Virus record (IMG/VR): IMGVR_UViG_3300046808_001087
Direction: 5' to 3' (one strand)
From: an uncultured virus (IMG/VR IMGVR_UViG_3300046808_001087)
Taxonomy: Duplodnaviria; Heunggongvirae; Uroviricota; Caudoviricetes
Length of the DNA: 64,000 nucleotides
Shown here piece after piece: positions 31,401 through 40,578 of the stretch. The position numbers and the translations under genes were made by a program. Every line of letters starts with the position of its first letter. The first letter of the stretch is position 1. Below the pieces are notes generated by a model. The model did no database searches. It was not told the origin of the DNA and was given only the letters and a program-made list of their open reading frames with translations.

Positions 31401-34400
31401 ATACCCATAGTTTGGTGATTTCCAAAATAATCTACAGGAACCATTAAATACGGAAGGGTTGTTGCTAAATGCTTGACCTGTTGCGATTTGTGAATTATAA
31501 ACTAAGGCGGTTCTACTTTCATTGATTGTTGAACCAAAAGACGGTATTATTAATAAACTAGAAGTTTTGGTTGTAGTTGTTGGCTTGCAATCATTTACGT
31601 CAACATACCTATCCTCCACAGGTGCCATCACAGACCATGTTTTTACATTGAAGGTGTTTTCACCAGACTTTACATTACTAATGTTCGAATTAGTTATATT
31701 AAAAATTTTTAATCCTCTGTCGACTGCCGATTGTAATTCGCTATCAGTATACCCACTAAAAAAACTAAACCCATTATAGAAATAATTAAAATCATCTATA
31801 AGTTTAGGATAGAATCCTACGTTGGTCAAACTTACATTATTTTTCGTGCTCGCCAACTGTATTTCTTGTTTCTGACCTGAAGAATCAATATATGAATATA
31901 TTTTAGATGGATTGTTTGTAATAGGGTCATAACTATTGATATAGTTAAAATTTGTCCATACACCACTTAAAATATCAATATTACTTTGTTTATAGGTTTT
32001 ATACCTATGCCAAATTGAACCTACCTTCAAAATCCACGCATACGGAAGCTTGTGAACTGCTCCGAATTTTTTAAGTGTTGCAAACATATAATCTTGCTCA
32101 ACATAGTTAGAACCTTCACCTTTAGTCTTAAGTAATTCTCTCAAAGAAATTAAAGGTAAAGAGTTTAAAAAAAGATATGCCGCAGATTTATATGGATACT
32201 TATTATCCTTTTTATTGTTAGCAACACCCTCCGAAATTGCATTTACGAAGAAAGGAGTGTTTAATATAGATGTCGTTGTTTGTTGTGGTATTTGTGGTGT
32301 GTTAAGATTATCAAGTGACGGAACATTTGTTACGACATAACCCTCTGTAGGAATTAATTGTGAAGCAGACCTTCCATAGTTGAATGTTGCAGGACTAACA
32401 AATGATGATATTGGTTGTGTGTAATTAAAGTTAGTTACAGGTCTTGAAACAGTATAGTCCGTCATATTTGTGAAATTTGAAATCACGTTTCTCGGCTTAT
32501 ATACTGTCAAGGTTTTTTTGGTATTGAAAACTAATCCGTTTTGATACTGATTAATTTGCACCATATTTTTTTCAGTCCATTGTTCATATGTAAATGGATA
32601 TATGTCCATTATAGTTGTATCGTTGGGTGTATTATTCAATACTTCCTGTATTTGAACTGCAACACTAGCTAAACTATTTTGTGGGATTGCCCCTTCGTCA
32701 TCCAAATTTAATATAGAAAAGGACTTATCAGTCAAAGTTCTGAGATAAGGTGTTACAAGAAAATCTCTTATAAAATCTTGATAACTTCTTCCTGTTCCTT
32801 GATTCGAAAACTCCCTAAGTTTATCTTCATAGTTAACAGAATTGAAAACATAATTTTTCAATTTGAATGTTAGATTTGGACTACTGATACCCAGACTACT
32901 GATAATATTTTGAGTTTCATAGTCTCTTAATGAATTCAACAGTGTGGTTAAAAAAGGATTGTCGTCTTTAATTCTACTGAGACCCGTGTAATGTGAAGTA
33001 ACAAATTGTCTTTCGAATATCTCGTAGAAAAATTTTATTTCTTCTTTATTCCTATACGCCAAATTGTTTTGCGGAAATTCAATCGCGTTGATATTAATTA
33101 AATTAGTAATATTCGAATTGTTCGATGGTGGTTGTGCCATCGGTGGGTCAAACTTTTGAGTCAATCCTTTCAAATATTCCTCAACAAATTCAACTTCAGG
33201 CCAAATATCGTATCTATTTCCTTGAGTCAACGCCACGACAGACGGGTCCGCCAAATATCTAAGTTGGAATCTCCCTTTTTTATCATCTGGTGTTTCGACA
33301 AAAAATTGTGGCCATGGGTATACAGGTATTTGAGATTCTGTTGCAAGTTCAGATGCACGTTTGTTAACAATATTTTTTGTATCAGGACTTGGTGCTGAAG
33401 ATGTGTTCTGTGTAATAACTCGTCTCCTCGTTTCATCATTAACTTTTTTCCAAGCGTTAGTGTGTACTTCATCCATCAATCTTATGAATCCTTCTGCGGA
33501 AGCCATTATAATTGCACTAACATTTCTCACTGTAGGTAAAAATCCAATCCCTAATCTATCATCTTCTAACTTTCTAGCCAAGTCCTCAGTAATTAGGGTT
33601 TCATATTCACCTAACTTTCTGTTTGCCTCAGCCTCCATAGTTTGGATTTTTTGGGTAAATAAATCAAATTGAAAGACTGATTCTTTTTTCAAATCGGTTT
33701 TCGATGTTTGACTGTCGGTATTTGGGTCTGTGACTATTGTTACCTTATATAGTTGTGAAATAATTTCTCTCGCCTTAGTGAATGATTCAGAATCAACATT
33801 CGGCCTAACTATTCCTGTAATTGATTGTACGGTCTTTTCTTCATCAATATTTGCAAGAAAATTAAAATTTTCCAAAATAATATCAGAAGACTTAATATTG
33901 TTTATAACTGGTGTTCTCCCTGTTCCCCCTAATACACCTGTGTCGTTAAGCTTATCTTCATACTCTTTAATAATTTTTTTCAGTTCGTTTTCTGCAGTAA
34001 GTTTTTCATCCGCAGTAAAACTTTTGAACACATAATAAAGTTGTCCTTGTTTTCCTATCAATGGTTTTGGGTTCATCCATTTGTTGAACCATGAGTTTGA
34101 ATCTTGATAAACTTTTCCGTAATAGGATTTTAAAATTGTTTTGAAATTTCTACAATCGGTGAGTGGTTGTACATTTGTCTTAGGATATGTTTCCAATACA
34201 TTTGTTTCAAACAAATCAATCTTGTTCATGAATTGAGCCAATGTGAGTTCTGGAAAATCTGGCACCAATAGTCCTTTAGCTTTATACTCACTATAAACCT
34301 CAAGTATTTTTTCATACCCTTTTTCGGTTACGATAGATTCTACGTTTACTTGGGTATCGTTGGCGTTCAATATAGGTTTTGCTCCTGTCGTCTCAGAATT

Positions 34401-35225
34401 TATTGAAGTGTTTACCGTTGGATTCGAACTACTAGATATATCGTATCTTGTTGAATACATGTGTGGAGCTGCGAAAAGACTTCCCATTTCAATTTCGTTC
34501 AAGATGTTAAATTTGTATCCCTTCAAATTTAATTGAACTTGGTAATTTCCACTGAACGAGTTGAACCTAGCATTAAATTTTTGTAAATTCAATTGATATC
34601 TTACCGCTTGTCCATAATACCCTTTTATTGTTAGATAAAATGGTGGGTATGGTAAATTAAAAAAAGCAGCATATGGAGATTTGTCTCCAAGTTGAAATAA
34701 TGCTCTTCCTTGTACATCTTCAAGTTCTATATCTACAGATGGAATGAATGATGTTCCCATCTTAATATTAATACTTGTTATACCTAAAAGACCGTTATCT
34801 AGTGAACCATCAACACCGTTGGAAATAACTCCGGTCTTGATGTATGCACGTTTTTGATTAGGTCCAGATTCTAAAGTTTCTGTTGGTTGATTTTGCCCTA
34901 ATCCTTTATTTGTGTTATTTCCCATCAACTCATCATAATATTGTGTCGAGAAAAAGTTATCTTTGTTTGGTTTTAAAAAATTAATTTTTGCAATTGATAC
35001 TGTTGTTGCAACATCTGTCGGACTACCCCCCACAGCTAACTTAGTTCTTGGTAAAACTTCGGCTTCTAAATTAACGAACATAACCAAGTTCTCATGGTCA
35101 ACCAATCTTTCTTTAACGTTACCTTGTCCGTCAATAGTTTTGTTTGGGTCAACCACAATTATATTGTTGTAATCAAATTCAACTAATATATTACCACTAG
35201 TGTCCGATAAAAAGTTATCTGCCAT
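28467..35225 (-). CDS. Giant baseplate hub-like protein (gp27/gp44/VgrG-type fold) with C-terminal IPT/TIG domain
   Basis: 2252 aa; LGITSINIK...VDIELED; SVQSLGNAMIQP...NGPYLIQDVQHTISPGNFQTQFTGIR hub-type motif; PPTIIDFNP...ILITGTSL IPT pattern. Confidence 0.6.
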   Translation of the reverse strand: MADNFLSDTSGNILVEFDYNNIIVVDPNKTIDGQGNVKERLVDHENLVMFVNLEAEVLPRTKLAVGGSPTDVATTVSIAKINFLKPNKDNFFSTQYYDELMGNNTNKGLGQNQPTETLESGPNQKRAYIKTGVISNGVDGSLDNGLLGITSINIKMGTSFIPSVDIELEDVQGRALFQLGDKSPYAAFFNLPYPPFYLTIKGYYGQAVRYQLNLQKFNARFNSFSGNYQVQLNLKGYKFNILNEIEMGSLFAAPHMYSTRYDISSSSNPTVNTSINSETTGAKPILNANDTQVNVESIVTEKGYEKILEVYSEYKAKGLLVPDFPELTLAQFMNKIDLFETNVLETYPKTNVQPLTDCRNFKTILKSYYGKVYQDSNSWFNKWMNPKPLIGKQGQLYYVFKSFTADEKLTAENELKKIIKEYEDKLNDTGVLGGTGRTPVINNIKSSDIILENFNFLANIDEEKTVQSITGIVRPNVDSESFTKAREIISQLYKVTIVTDPNTDSQTSKTDLKKESVFQFDLFTQKIQTMEAEANRKLGEYETLITEDLARKLEDDRLGIGFLPTVRNVSAIIMASAEGFIRLMDEVHTNAWKKVNDETRRRVITQNTSSAPSPDTKNIVNKRASELATESQIPVYPWPQFFVETPDDKKGRFQLRYLADPSVVALTQGNRYDIWPEVEFVEEYLKGLTQKFDPPMAQPPSNNSNITNLININAIEFPQNNLAYRNKEEIKFFYEIFERQFVTSHYTGLSRIKDDNPFLTTLLNSLRDYETQNIISSLGISSPNLTFKLKNYVFNSVNYEDKLREFSNQGTGRSYQDFIRDFLVTPYLRTLTDKSFSILNLDDEGAIPQNSLASVAVQIQEVLNNTPNDTTIMDIYPFTYEQWTEKNMVQINQYQNGLVFNTKKTLTVYKPRNVISNFTNMTDYTVSRPVTNFNYTQPISSFVSPATFNYGRSASQLIPTEGYVVTNVPSLDNLNTPQIPQQTTTSILNTPFFVNAISEGVANNKKDNKYPYKSAAYLFLNSLPLISLRELLKTKGEGSNYVEQDYMFATLKKFGAVHKLPYAWILKVGSIWHRYKTYKQSNIDILSGVWTNFNYINSYDPITNNPSKIYSYIDSSGQKQEIQLASTKNNVSLTNVGFYPKLIDDFNYFYNGFSFFSGYTDSELQSAVDRGLKIFNITNSNISNVKSGENTFNVKTWSVMAPVEDRYVDVNDCKPTTTTKTSSLLIIPSFGSTINESRTALVYNSQIATGQAFSNNPSVFNGSCRLFWKSPNYGYFDSTTAIKPEPDEYMNQIKQDINELSPFRFLADGEYTKIDDIFSTFDKKILDTFEEEYLNFCRPLTDIEIGPKTVVSYNGVRKNQSDVFRNFQYLMRNMMKVPPQGNQSLQDTFLNNINNQADILQNQIASFLQYDVLFRYGNPSNYNERVFNSFLSHNNTWEVVDPIKFGPYVTNSLPSSTGGVTLAQSKQRYPKAWEELELQVGFSTIEQLIYKDNGSYITDFFIDNNIEFTVDNVTILSPIIKIYATQKLKNPSITNSQFRTLLNENEAVAKSLQDKILNGVMNKLRTDLPNQDQVIQTTNQSVVDGDQSKVETYEKFKALNDKWIAGGDFTNKTFFEDILFLDRASRNIGDTLLVDVFELKKVLNRRTSESSLKMSVYTFLAGLLINNNFVIMNLPAYVNFYNVQNVDGVQVRNPEGTLDFANNLWGTFLSVDYRNSGPKMVCFFAGKPSQYLDLPDNNYYGYRNDGFDMRRLSEVPLIENVDKKTDYAISNRCVGFNVDIGIRNQNIFNSFTVGQDNGKATSESVNTVYNMASQAAGVNTATQNVGLYNLYKQRSYPCSVQSLGNAMIQPTMYFNLRHVPMFNGPYLIQDVQHTISPGNFQTQFTGIRQGMFDLPQIDQYLQSINRNLLTKLEAIVKNRKEEVDVIAVTDAEKAAKTQSTNNNSGSTENSCEANTSYLNEGFVSVKFTATTENPQTIYNEIIKVIKQNSPTAAVDNQMVKIMYSICYVTSYKDNLFEGYSNNYSTPINLKVNFAPTYKTANGIQYFNKTYSCVTGSDKKAIPVANFDTLNDFISFLYARLKPNQKLISKEGLWKYYSCDYPVVRTVSKSYFESSKMTNVTYQNTLSRLTEGLQSLKKLGTDISDINQLISGTTTTTVTPTTTPKCAPPTIIDFNPKSAFTGDTMPEILITGTSLYGKTQVFLSGITGTIKSNTDTAIVFVPKQKVTGKIKVKTEYGESLETTEDFVFLSKKP

Positions 35226-35538
35226 AATAATAGAAATGATTTTCTAGTGCACCTTTATAATCCTGTAAAGATGGTATAAGCGGAAAAGGAATTGTCAATA
35301 TCGCACCGTCATAAATATAATTTTCTAAACCACCAAATTGCGGATTCGCTTGCAATATCAACCATCCAAAATATGGAGTACCATAAAATTCTTGTGATAC
35401 TTTATCTAATCTACTTCTACCTACTTTATAAATGTAGGTTTTGTCACTAGTTTTATTTGGAACAGTAACGTAAGGAACCACTGTCTGTTCCCCATTAATT
35501 AGGAAAGTTGAGTATCTATTGTAATAAGGAAATCCCAT
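35215..35538 (-). CDS. LysM-like baseplate protein (T4 gp53-like)
   Basis: RLDKVSQEFYGTPYFGWLILQANP...GAILTIP. Confidence 0.8.
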   Translation of the reverse strand: MGFPYYNRYSTFLINGEQTVVPYVTVPNKTSDKTYIYKVGRSRLDKVSQEFYGTPYFGWLILQANPQFGGLENYIYDGAILTIPFPLIPSLQDYKGALENHFYYYGR

Positions 35539-38500
35539 TAGTTTAATTTAACTTTTGTAATGTTTATACTTCCTTCCTGGTCGTTGAATGTTGTTTTTTT
35601 GGTATTACTGTTTGTGGTTTTTCCTATGGAACTAATTAGATTTTTTCTATTGTTTTTCAAACTATCTTCACTTGTATTTGGATTATTACTGAAAAATAAA
35701 GTTTTGTCTTTTTGTCCTTTCAAAGCAGTATAATTAATATACTCTTTAAGTGTATTGTTTTCCACATAATTTATAAACTCCAAAGCACTTTCGTTTTCCG
35801 CAACAAAGATTGGCCTTGTTTGATTTGACCAATATTCATCAAACATTTCAGACAAATTGGTATTTCCATTTTCCATCAAAGACTTTGTATTGATTATATT
35901 ATCAATTAAAAAACTTTTGAACGCTTGATATTTGTTTAAATCAACAACTTCACTGTTCAAAACAAAATATTGTCTCTGAAAGTTTACGTTATCAAAACTA
36001 TCTCCTGCAATATTGACTTGTCGAAAAATCGCATCGTTATTAAATTTATCTTTATTACTTCTAACAAGTCTGTTTGAAAATGTGTTTCCTTTAAAATTGA
36101 ATGAAACAGATTCCTGTGCTTTCATTGCAAAGTCTATTAGAGAACCTCTAACTGTTTCTGCATCGGTAACTAAATTAGTCAAAGATGTTCCTGATGTATA
36201 ATAAACAATTATATTATTATTTTTTTCTTGATATCCATCGGTACCTGAAATTTTAATACTACCATCCAATTGTCCATAAGTTATTATATTCAGTTTTGCA
36301 AGTTCAATAACATAGTTTTGTTGTAGTATTGTAAAATCTTGAATTATCTTACTCAACGCATTCGAAAATGTTGATTTTTTTTGAATTATAAAATTCTTAT
36401 AATTGTTTTTCAGAGCTCTGATTACTTTATTTGAAAACCCTTTAGACGAAATGAACTCAATAAATTTATCATCTCCAGTTTGGATGTCTGAAATTAGGTC
36501 ATTTAAAACTGTATCAACGTTTGACTGATAGTTTGCCGGTTTACCAAAAATCATTCCGTAATCACCTCCAACGCCCAATATTTCACCATTAGTATAATTT
36601 CTAGTAAGGGTGAAAACCTGTCTGACGGCTTCGTTATATTGTGATAGAACTTCTTTATTTTTGTTTACAACATTTCTAAAGTATTCTTGTGTTTTGTCAG
36701 ATAAAGTTGAAAAATATTTATCGTATGATATTTGACCTGAAATACCATTTTCCGTCGTTTCACTTGATGTTATTTCGCCAATAGTCCCACCATTTTTTTG
36801 TCCATCGTTATTTTGTACTTCGTTTGTGGTAGGTGGGGCAGGAGTTGGTTCATATATCGATGCAAATAAAGTGTCAAGGTCTTGAGTTGTTTTATCATAT
36901 CCAGTTGCTTCCGCTCTATCATCATAGACTTCTGTGTTTGCATAATAGTTAAACGAAAGTGCATTTTGTAATCTGTCAACCGCATCTTTAATACCACTAC
37001 CACCAACAAATTTGAAACTTAAACTTACATTTGCTATCATAGGTTGTACACCAATTCCCTCAGGATTTAGGTCTAACCCTTCGTAAGTTATGTTCAGAGT
37101 GTCGGGTATTATTTTGGTATTATAAAAATCACCGACCCTCAAAACCAATACAGGAGGTGCACCGAATGAAGTATTGACTGCGTTATTATATTGTAATTCT
37201 GTTTTACCATTTACACTTTTAACCACAGGGATAGTTTCACCGGGTCTTAAACATTGATTTAAAAACGTTAATCTAGAGTTTAAACCCTCCGGTGTTGTTG
37301 AGTGGAAAGCAGGATTAAAGAATTTTAATTTTTCCTTTAAATTGTCATAAACCATTGGTGTGTCTTCTTTTATCGATTCAAAGTAATCACACTCTGATAG
37401 TAAAAGTCTTAAAACCTTTTTAGAAAGATTTTTTGTCGGGAGGCTTCTGTTTGCATTTGTATTTTGTATTACATTTGTAGTTCCATTCTGAGATGTAACC
37501 ACTTCTTGTTTTGAGTTTGCTGGGTTTTGTGCCACAGGTACTTTCTGTTGTACATTTATAGATGAAATCACAATTCTTCTACAAGCCATAGCATTAACAG
37601 TATTCACAACAGTTGCATCAGTTTTTTTAGTGTCTTTTTCACCACACATATATGATGCACCATATCCAGAATTAGATTTTACCGCCGCTGTGGATTCCTC
37701 TGAAACTGTAACAAAAGTAACTCTTGACTTTGCAATTTGCCCCAAAGTTTGTTGTTGTCCTCCTGGTTTGAATGAATTGATATAAGTTTTTATTGATTCA
37801 ATTCTACTTTCATTGATTCTTCTGTTGTAGGACCTATTAGTTGAACTACTTGTCGTACCAGCAAGATTAAAGGTGACCTTATCTATGTTACCACTAAGTA
37901 ATCCGTTATATATTTCAATGAGATTTTTATTGAATTGTTCGTAATTCCATTTAATTACATTGTCGAAAAAACTTTCGACTTGTTGTGGACTACTATTATA
38001 CGGGTCGGTTACTGTAGGTGATTGACTTACAATAACTGGTTTTCTCGTAATATAAGTTTCATATAATGTTGAAAATGATGAGTTTCCTGTTGGTTGTTCG
38101 TTTTCAAAATAGAACCCTATACCTGTAAGAGCGGTTTTAATGTTATTGGATTTAAGTTCCGTATTACTTTTAACACTCACATCTTCTCCTGTTGGTGAAT
38201 CATTGCCACTCGATAAAGTTTCTTTCACAGTACCAAGTTGTTCTTTACTTAGTTGACCCAAATCCAATTCTCTCTGAATATTATATAACTCATTCGGATT
38301 TGCTAACGGATATTTTTCAGCCAACTCATACAAGTCATATTTTAAACATCCTGCAAAGAAAGAGTTAATCATGTTGTCGATTCTTGAATTGTTAGTTTCG
38401 TTCGTCAAAACTTTATTAACAATCAGGTTCAAAACTGAAGGGTGGTCAACAACTATCTTCCATGACAAAGTACCTGTCCTTCTTGTGTTAGAGTAGGTGT

Positions 38501-40538
38501 AGATAGGTTCTGGTCTCCCAATGAACGAAGTGTCTTTCCATGATGCAGAATTACTTTCCGTGAATTTTAAATCGTATGGTGGAAACCACATTACTCTACC
38601 GCCATTAGAACCTCTTTCACAAACAGGTAAATCAGAAACAGTATATCCGGGGGTTGATGAAGTTCTCCATGCCAAATTTTCTATGGAAAACATATATTTT
38701 TTAGCATAGAAAGTGTTACTGTTATCTCCCACTAAATTAGTTGAGTTTCCCGCACTGTCTTTTTTATTAGGGAATATATTAAGGTTGTATGTATTATCCA
38801 AAACAGAGTAGGATATCTTTCTACCAGATGTTGTAATACCGTCAACCTTTTGTAAATCATTGTACTGAAGATATGGTACATCTTTCGTGAAAATTCTACA
38901 ATATTCATATCCAACTTCTTGTCCTATTGAGCCGGTGTATTTTATGATTTTAGAACCCTTGGTAATTTCTTTATACCCGTCATGGAAAACTTTACTTACT
39001 TGGTCAATAGCATTTCCTACGTGTTGTAATCTTCTACCTCCAGATGGTTGGCTATCAATTATTCTTTGTGTGTCGTCCAATATGGAACCGTCCCTGAATT
39101 CATTATTTGTTGACTCGGTTGAGTTGTATGATGATGGTTTAAAGTCTTCGTCTTGTTGAATTATTTCTCCTCCGGGTCCGACTTTTTTACCAGCATTACC
39201 TCTATATTTTGGAGATACCCATGTAAATCCACCCTCAATTCCTCCACCGTTACCATACGTTGGACCGTTTGCCCCGAGTCTAACACTTTGGGAGGGTCCT
39301 TCATATAGTTGAGCCAATTCAGTCGGGCCGTACACTGGAGTTCCAACTTCTCTAGCAAAACTGTCGACGGGTAAATCACCACCAGGAGAAAATACTCTTG
39401 ATGGGTCTGATGTAATAGAACCTACATAATAATCGCTAACTGAAACTGAAGTACCTACAATTGCACCTCCAAGTCTATCTAATATAGTTCTTGGGTAATT
39501 AGGTTTGTATCTATTGTAATCTAAGTTATCGAACAACCTAGATTTTTGTCCTCCGCCTGTATTGTTTAAAAATAACTGTGACCCTGTTTTATCAAAACCT
39601 AAAACCCTTGAAAAGAATTTTCCAACTCCACTTCTCTTGAATGCATTATTCAATTGTTGTATTGTGGTTGGTTGTCCAGAATTTATACTAGTATCCCAAT
39701 ACGAACCTACTATAGGTGAAACAGGAAGTATACTTCCCGCTAATCTCAACGCAAAATCAGTAGCTGCTAAAACAGGATTTGCCGGTACTGTAATTCTATA
39801 GTTAGGTTCTATTAACGGTACCCTTCCTGTAACTATATTCAATAAATCAGTACCACTTCTTGTATTAAAAATGTTAGCCCTTCCTATTGTATTTTGTCTA
39901 ATTTCAGTGGCAATTCTTACCTCGAATTCTTTTCTCAGAATTGTTGCACCCAATCTTGCAATGTAGGAGTCTGAACTTAATAATCCATCACTACCCTGTG
40001 GGTCTGGTGATAGAAGTATTGAAATAGGGCTATAAGAAGAAGGATTAAATGTGGTTGGGTATGGTTGAGCATTTGGTCTTCTACCTCCATTTGGATATAC
40101 AATATCCAAGCTTGAAAAAGCTTCTGCTGAATCAATTAGTGTCGTCCCATTACTATATGCATTCAAAGGTTTCCATGCAGGAGAAACTCCTGCAAAACCT
40201 GTCTGAGCAGCAACAGCGCTTTGGTCTACTATGTGTGCGTCTTGCTGTCCTGGTCCGTACTCACCTTGATTAGACTTTGTATTTAATAGTGCACCAGGGT
40301 CGGGTACTTGTTTATACCCACCTTCAGCGCCATATTGGTTTTTAGTGTATAGGTCTTTGGCAAATATAGGTGTGTCTATTAAATCATCGGGCGAATCTTT
40401 AACCGCTAAATCAGATATATTTGCAGGATAGTCAACAGGAGGCACAATTTTCCTAGGTGACTTGTTATATGGTGTCAAATTCTTAACAAGAATTTTTTTC
40501 CTAAAACCCTCTGATGTGACTAATAATGGACTTGCCAT
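35538..40538 (-). CDS. Large baseplate/tube-initiator protein (gp48/gp54 or CIS-tube-like domain) with degenerate OmpA-like insert
   Basis: 1666 aa; SASWKDTSFIGRPEPIYTYSNTRR and GAPPVLVLRVGDF...QPMIANVSLSF; lies between the tape measure and LysM genes. Confidence 0.6.
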   Translation of the reverse strand: MASPLLVTSEGFRKKILVKNLTPYNKSPRKIVPPVDYPANISDLAVKDSPDDLIDTPIFAKDLYTKNQYGAEGGYKQVPDPGALLNTKSNQGEYGPGQQDAHIVDQSAVAAQTGFAGVSPAWKPLNAYSNGTTLIDSAEAFSSLDIVYPNGGRRPNAQPYPTTFNPSSYSPISILLSPDPQGSDGLLSSDSYIARLGATILRKEFEVRIATEIRQNTIGRANIFNTRSGTDLLNIVTGRVPLIEPNYRITVPANPVLAATDFALRLAGSILPVSPIVGSYWDTSINSGQPTTIQQLNNAFKRSGVGKFFSRVLGFDKTGSQLFLNNTGGGQKSRLFDNLDYNRYKPNYPRTILDRLGGAIVGTSVSVSDYYVGSITSDPSRVFSPGGDLPVDSFAREVGTPVYGPTELAQLYEGPSQSVRLGANGPTYGNGGGIEGGFTWVSPKYRGNAGKKVGPGGEIIQQDEDFKPSSYNSTESTNNEFRDGSILDDTQRIIDSQPSGGRRLQHVGNAIDQVSKVFHDGYKEITKGSKIIKYTGSIGQEVGYEYCRIFTKDVPYLQYNDLQKVDGITTSGRKISYSVLDNTYNLNIFPNKKDSAGNSTNLVGDNSNTFYAKKYMFSIENLAWRTSSTPGYTVSDLPVCERGSNGGRVMWFPPYDLKFTESNSASWKDTSFIGRPEPIYTYSNTRRTGTLSWKIVVDHPSVLNLIVNKVLTNETNNSRIDNMINSFFAGCLKYDLYELAEKYPLANPNELYNIQRELDLGQLSKEQLGTVKETLSSGNDSPTGEDVSVKSNTELKSNNIKTALTGIGFYFENEQPTGNSSFSTLYETYITRKPVIVSQSPTVTDPYNSSPQQVESFFDNVIKWNYEQFNKNLIEIYNGLLSGNIDKVTFNLAGTTSSSTNRSYNRRINESRIESIKTYINSFKPGGQQQTLGQIAKSRVTFVTVSEESTAAVKSNSGYGASYMCGEKDTKKTDATVVNTVNAMACRRIVISSINVQQKVPVAQNPANSKQEVVTSQNGTTNVIQNTNANRSLPTKNLSKKVLRLLLSECDYFESIKEDTPMVYDNLKEKLKFFNPAFHSTTPEGLNSRLTFLNQCLRPGETIPVVKSVNGKTELQYNNAVNTSFGAPPVLVLRVGDFYNTKIIPDTLNITYEGLDLNPEGIGVQPMIANVSLSFKFVGGSGIKDAVDRLQNALSFNYYANTEVYDDRAEATGYDKTTQDLDTLFASIYEPTPAPPTTNEVQNNDGQKNGGTIGEITSSETTENGISGQISYDKYFSTLSDKTQEYFRNVVNKNKEVLSQYNEAVRQVFTLTRNYTNGEILGVGGDYGMIFGKPANYQSNVDTVLNDLISDIQTGDDKFIEFISSKGFSNKVIRALKNNYKNFIIQKKSTFSNALSKIIQDFTILQQNYVIELAKLNIITYGQLDGSIKISGTDGYQEKNNNIIVYYTSGTSLTNLVTDAETVRGSLIDFAMKAQESVSFNFKGNTFSNRLVRSNKDKFNNDAIFRQVNIAGDSFDNVNFQRQYFVLNSEVVDLNKYQAFKSFLIDNIINTKSLMENGNTNLSEMFDEYWSNQTRPIFVAENESALEFINYVENNTLKEYINYTALKGQKDKTLFFSNNPNTSEDSLKNNRKNLISSIGKTTNSNTKKTTFNDQEGSINITKVKLN

Positions 40539-40578
40539 TCAACTATTTTATAATAAATAGCTAACTAACATTTTTTTA

